Below, piece after piece: positions 61,199-64,000 of a stretch of 64,000 nt of DNA. Both the position numbers and the translations under genes were made by a program. The notes beneath the pieces are model-generated. The model was not told where the DNA came from. It ran no database searches and worked only from the letters and a program-made list of their open reading frames with translations. Source of the DNA: Heteronotia binoei (Eukaryota); the NCBI RefSeq assembly GCF_032191835.1, contig NC_083241.1:310001-374000 (forward strand), given 5' to 3'. The first letter of the stretch is position 1, and the number at the start of each line of letters is the position of its first letter.

Positions 61199-62029
61199 GT
61201 GGGTCCCGCCGGCCCTCCGCGGCTGAGGGAGGGGGGAGGGAGAGGGGGGAAGGGGCCGGCCGTGGGGGGAGGGGAGGGAAGGGAAGGGACCCGCCGTGGG
61301 GGGGAACGAGGGGGCGCCGGCCTCCCGCCCCCCTCAGCGCAGCACCCCCACCCCGTCTGGGGCCCTGGACTACAGCCCCCAGGATGCCTCGGGCGGGGCG
61401 GGGCCTCGTGCCGTGGCTGCTCCCGATTGGCTGCCCTAGGCCTCCTCGCCGCCTGGCATTGGCTCCCCTTGCGGAGCGGCTGCGTCAACGGCCGGAGGAG
61501 AGCTGCCCCACCCCGCAGACCCTCCAGCCTCCGCTCTCCTCACAAACACAGGCGCTGCTCTCCGTGGCTTGCTTTCATTTGGGTCGAGCGAGGCACATCT
61601 CCTAGGGTTGTTTCCCCCCCTTTTCAACAGCAAAAAAATATTTTGATAAAACAAACATGTATTTTGGGGTCAGCATAACTTTAAAATTTTAAAAACAGGT
61701 TTCTTTTTGTTAAACAATATAGTGGAAATTAAATCCACTCAGTGTGATATGCTTCTGTGTGTAACTCACTTCTCTTTGCTTTCCTGTTCTTTTTTCTGGA
61801 AAAGAAAAACAGGCTTTCCTGGTTTTTCACGTCCCAAATGCTTTCTCAGTTTGAAACAAATTAGTCCAAAATGGGGGAAAGCTACATCAGGAGAGAAGCC
61901 AGCTGCTGCTTAAAACCTCTGAGTTCAAGGCCTTAAGTTGCTTCAAACAGTTTGCTGGTGTAACTTTCTTTTAAAACATCCGCAAACATATTTCTTCAAT
62001 GGTTCAATCTTAGTTCTGAAATGCGGCTA

Positions 62030-62033
<4 letters not shown>

Positions 62034-62081
<48 letters not shown>
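62034..62081. repeat. (TA)n microsatellite, ~24 units
   Basis: Read directly. Confidence 0.97.
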
Positions 62082-62084
<3 letters not shown>

Positions 62085-62085
62085 G

Positions 62086-62440
62086 CAGGGCTGCCCCTTG
62101 AAACTGATCCAGAAACTCCAGCTGGTTCAGAATGCAGTGCAGCAGGTTCTTACAAGAACCGCAGGGAGACTCTGCATAAAACCGTCGCTCCACCAGCTGC
62201 AGTGGCTCCAGATTGAATGCCAGATCAGGTTCAAGGTTTTGGTATTAAACTCTAAAGTCCTATGCAGTCTGGGACTGCCTGTCCTGGTATATCCCCCAAA
62301 GAACACTGCATTCAGCTGACAACAACCTGCTAGTGATTCCTGGCCCAAGGAATGTCCAGCTGCCCTTGACCAGACACATGGCATTTTTGGCCCTGCCCCC
62401 AGCCTGATGGGACTCTGTACTGGGGGTGAAATCCAGGCCT
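62086..62440 (+). mobile_element. L2 LINE ORF2 C-terminal fragment in PDIA3 intron 1
   Basis: GLPLKLIQKLQLVQNA...LHQLQWLQIECQIRFKVLVL. Confidence 0.8.
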
Positions 62441-64000
62441 TGCAGCACTTGATGCAGTTCCACAGGGCTGTTTCGCCAGGCCCATGGCTGAGGACGGACT
62501 ACTGCAAGCCAGGCTGACTTTCTCCTTCCATCCTTTTTCTTCCCATCTTTTCTCCCTCCCCCTCTTGCTGGCTGGATATGGAGTCACAGAGTTGGAAGGG
62601 CCCGTAGAGGCCATGTTGTGCCCCGGCTCCCGAGCTGCATTTGGACCACCACTGATCTAGGCCATGGCTGTGCTTAGAACAGTCCACCTTAAGGAAGGGG
62701 ACTTGCTTGGCTCCTGCTTTGGAGGGACGAGTGGTTGTTACAGAAGTATTGGGCCATTTGAACAGCATTAGCCTTTGTTTCTGGAGCACTGAAGGTGCAT
62801 CAAAGGATGACTGCTGTCAGATGTTAGCTTAGGAGTATCTTTCCTCAGCTCCAAATTTCTTCAAATCTTGGATATACTTGGTAGTCTTGTCCATGACCAA
62901 GCTGCATACTGTACTTTCAATTTCCCCCTCTGCATTTTATTGTCATTTGTGCTGCTACTTGTAAGTTTTTTGCTGTGTCTTTGTGTCAGTAAGGAAGGCG
63001 TTCCCTGCTGCTGTCACAGCCCATTGTGGACATGGCCTCACCCCATCAAGACGCAGGCTGTTTTGCCTTCTAGACCTTTTGTGCCCAGCTCAGATTCTCT
63101 TTTCTTCTGCTTGATCCAGCAGTTTCCCTGCAATGTGTTAAAGTACAGCTTTCTCCTGAGAAGGAACCCTTGATGTTTTTTCATTCAGTGCTGTACTTGT
63201 GCATTTTGCACACCTGCTGTCTTGCTGCCCACAGATAGGGGAACATAATCAGAACATTCCCAACCCACATTTCTTAGGGTCAGCTGCCATTGAAGGTTTT
63301 TCCTTTCTGTTCAGTAGAGGCCTCATGGCTTACTTGATATGCTGGTCAAGAGGTGTCCCTGTAGCTTTTGCTACCTGTCCCTCCCTCCTGGATTATCTCC
63401 TTGTTCAGCTCTGTTCCCCTGCAGCCCCCCCCCCCAACCTTGTGTTCCCAGAACTTCTTGAAATGTTGCACTCCTTGACCAAGAGGTCAGGGGATTGAAT
63501 CTGGGATCAGAAATGTGCAGCTGGAGAGTGAGGTTGAGGCCTTATTGATTTTTTACTTCTGTATATAATTATTTTGCTGTTAATAAACATGTTCTGTCAA
63601 GAGATATAAATTCACAGTTTGAGAACTGCTAAATTAACATCTCTGGTGGTGTCTTTTAGGAAGACATGTTTCTGAGTTATAACATATCTTTCTTTTAGAG
63701 TAGTGTTTTCCTTTAATAGTATTGACCAACAATCAGTTTATTTTTAAACCATTGTTACCCGCCCTGCCTGTGAATTTAACTGGAACTGTGTCCTCAGGGT
63801 GTCCCCTTTAACTGGTGCTGAGGGCGGGGCTGGGCAGCGTCCTTTCCTTAGTTGCACGAGGCTGCTTGGAAGTCGCAAGCGCTGCCCCCTGCAGGCTGCT
63901 TATCCTGGCCCCTTGGCAAGAGACAAGGAAAGGCAGGTAGCCTGCTTCTGAACAGAAGTCTTCTTTTGTATAAACATTTTTATTCAAGGTATAATAAATG

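Noticed and set aside
61052-61678. 208-aa ORF as a novel secreted protein
   Set aside because: It is the PDIA3 start shifted out of frame by one G and running into intron 1.
61199-64000. PDIA3 exon 2 (CGHC) and, at the other end of the window, the next PPIP5K1 exon (GFEGCSMVP...)
   Set aside because: Neither could be found; both presumably lie outside the window.

Overview
Vertebrate genomic DNA, GC-rich, of squamate origin (Sauria-type SINEs, CR1/L2 LINEs, a tRNA-derived SINE family typical of geckos; the gecko call is inference). It is the orthologue of the mammalian PPIP5K1-CKMT1-STRC-CATSPER2-PDIA3 neighbourhood. Intact genes: PPIP5K1 on the minus strand (26 coding exons read with consistent splice phases, 37414 to 1711, continuing off the left edge, one GC-AG intron); mitochondrial creatine kinase U-type CKMT1 (+, 9 exons, 418 aa); a three-exon ZIP1/2/3-subfamily (SLC39A) zinc transporter (+, 293 aa); and exon 1 of PDIA3 (+, with a one-base frameshift that is probably an assembly error). 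Where mammals carry STRC and CATSPER2 there is no intact copy. Instead there are collinear, frameshifted traces that resemble stereocilin (+, ~52.8-55.9 kb) and, more weakly, CatSper2 (-, ~59.2-60.4 kb), with the ZIP gene between them. PPIP5K1 introns hold several retroposon-derived tandem arrays, including two inverted arrays of one 79-bp SINE unit that bracket exons 15-16. There is an N gap at 47220-48604. Comparisons to human proteins were made by eye from remembered sequences, not by running a search.
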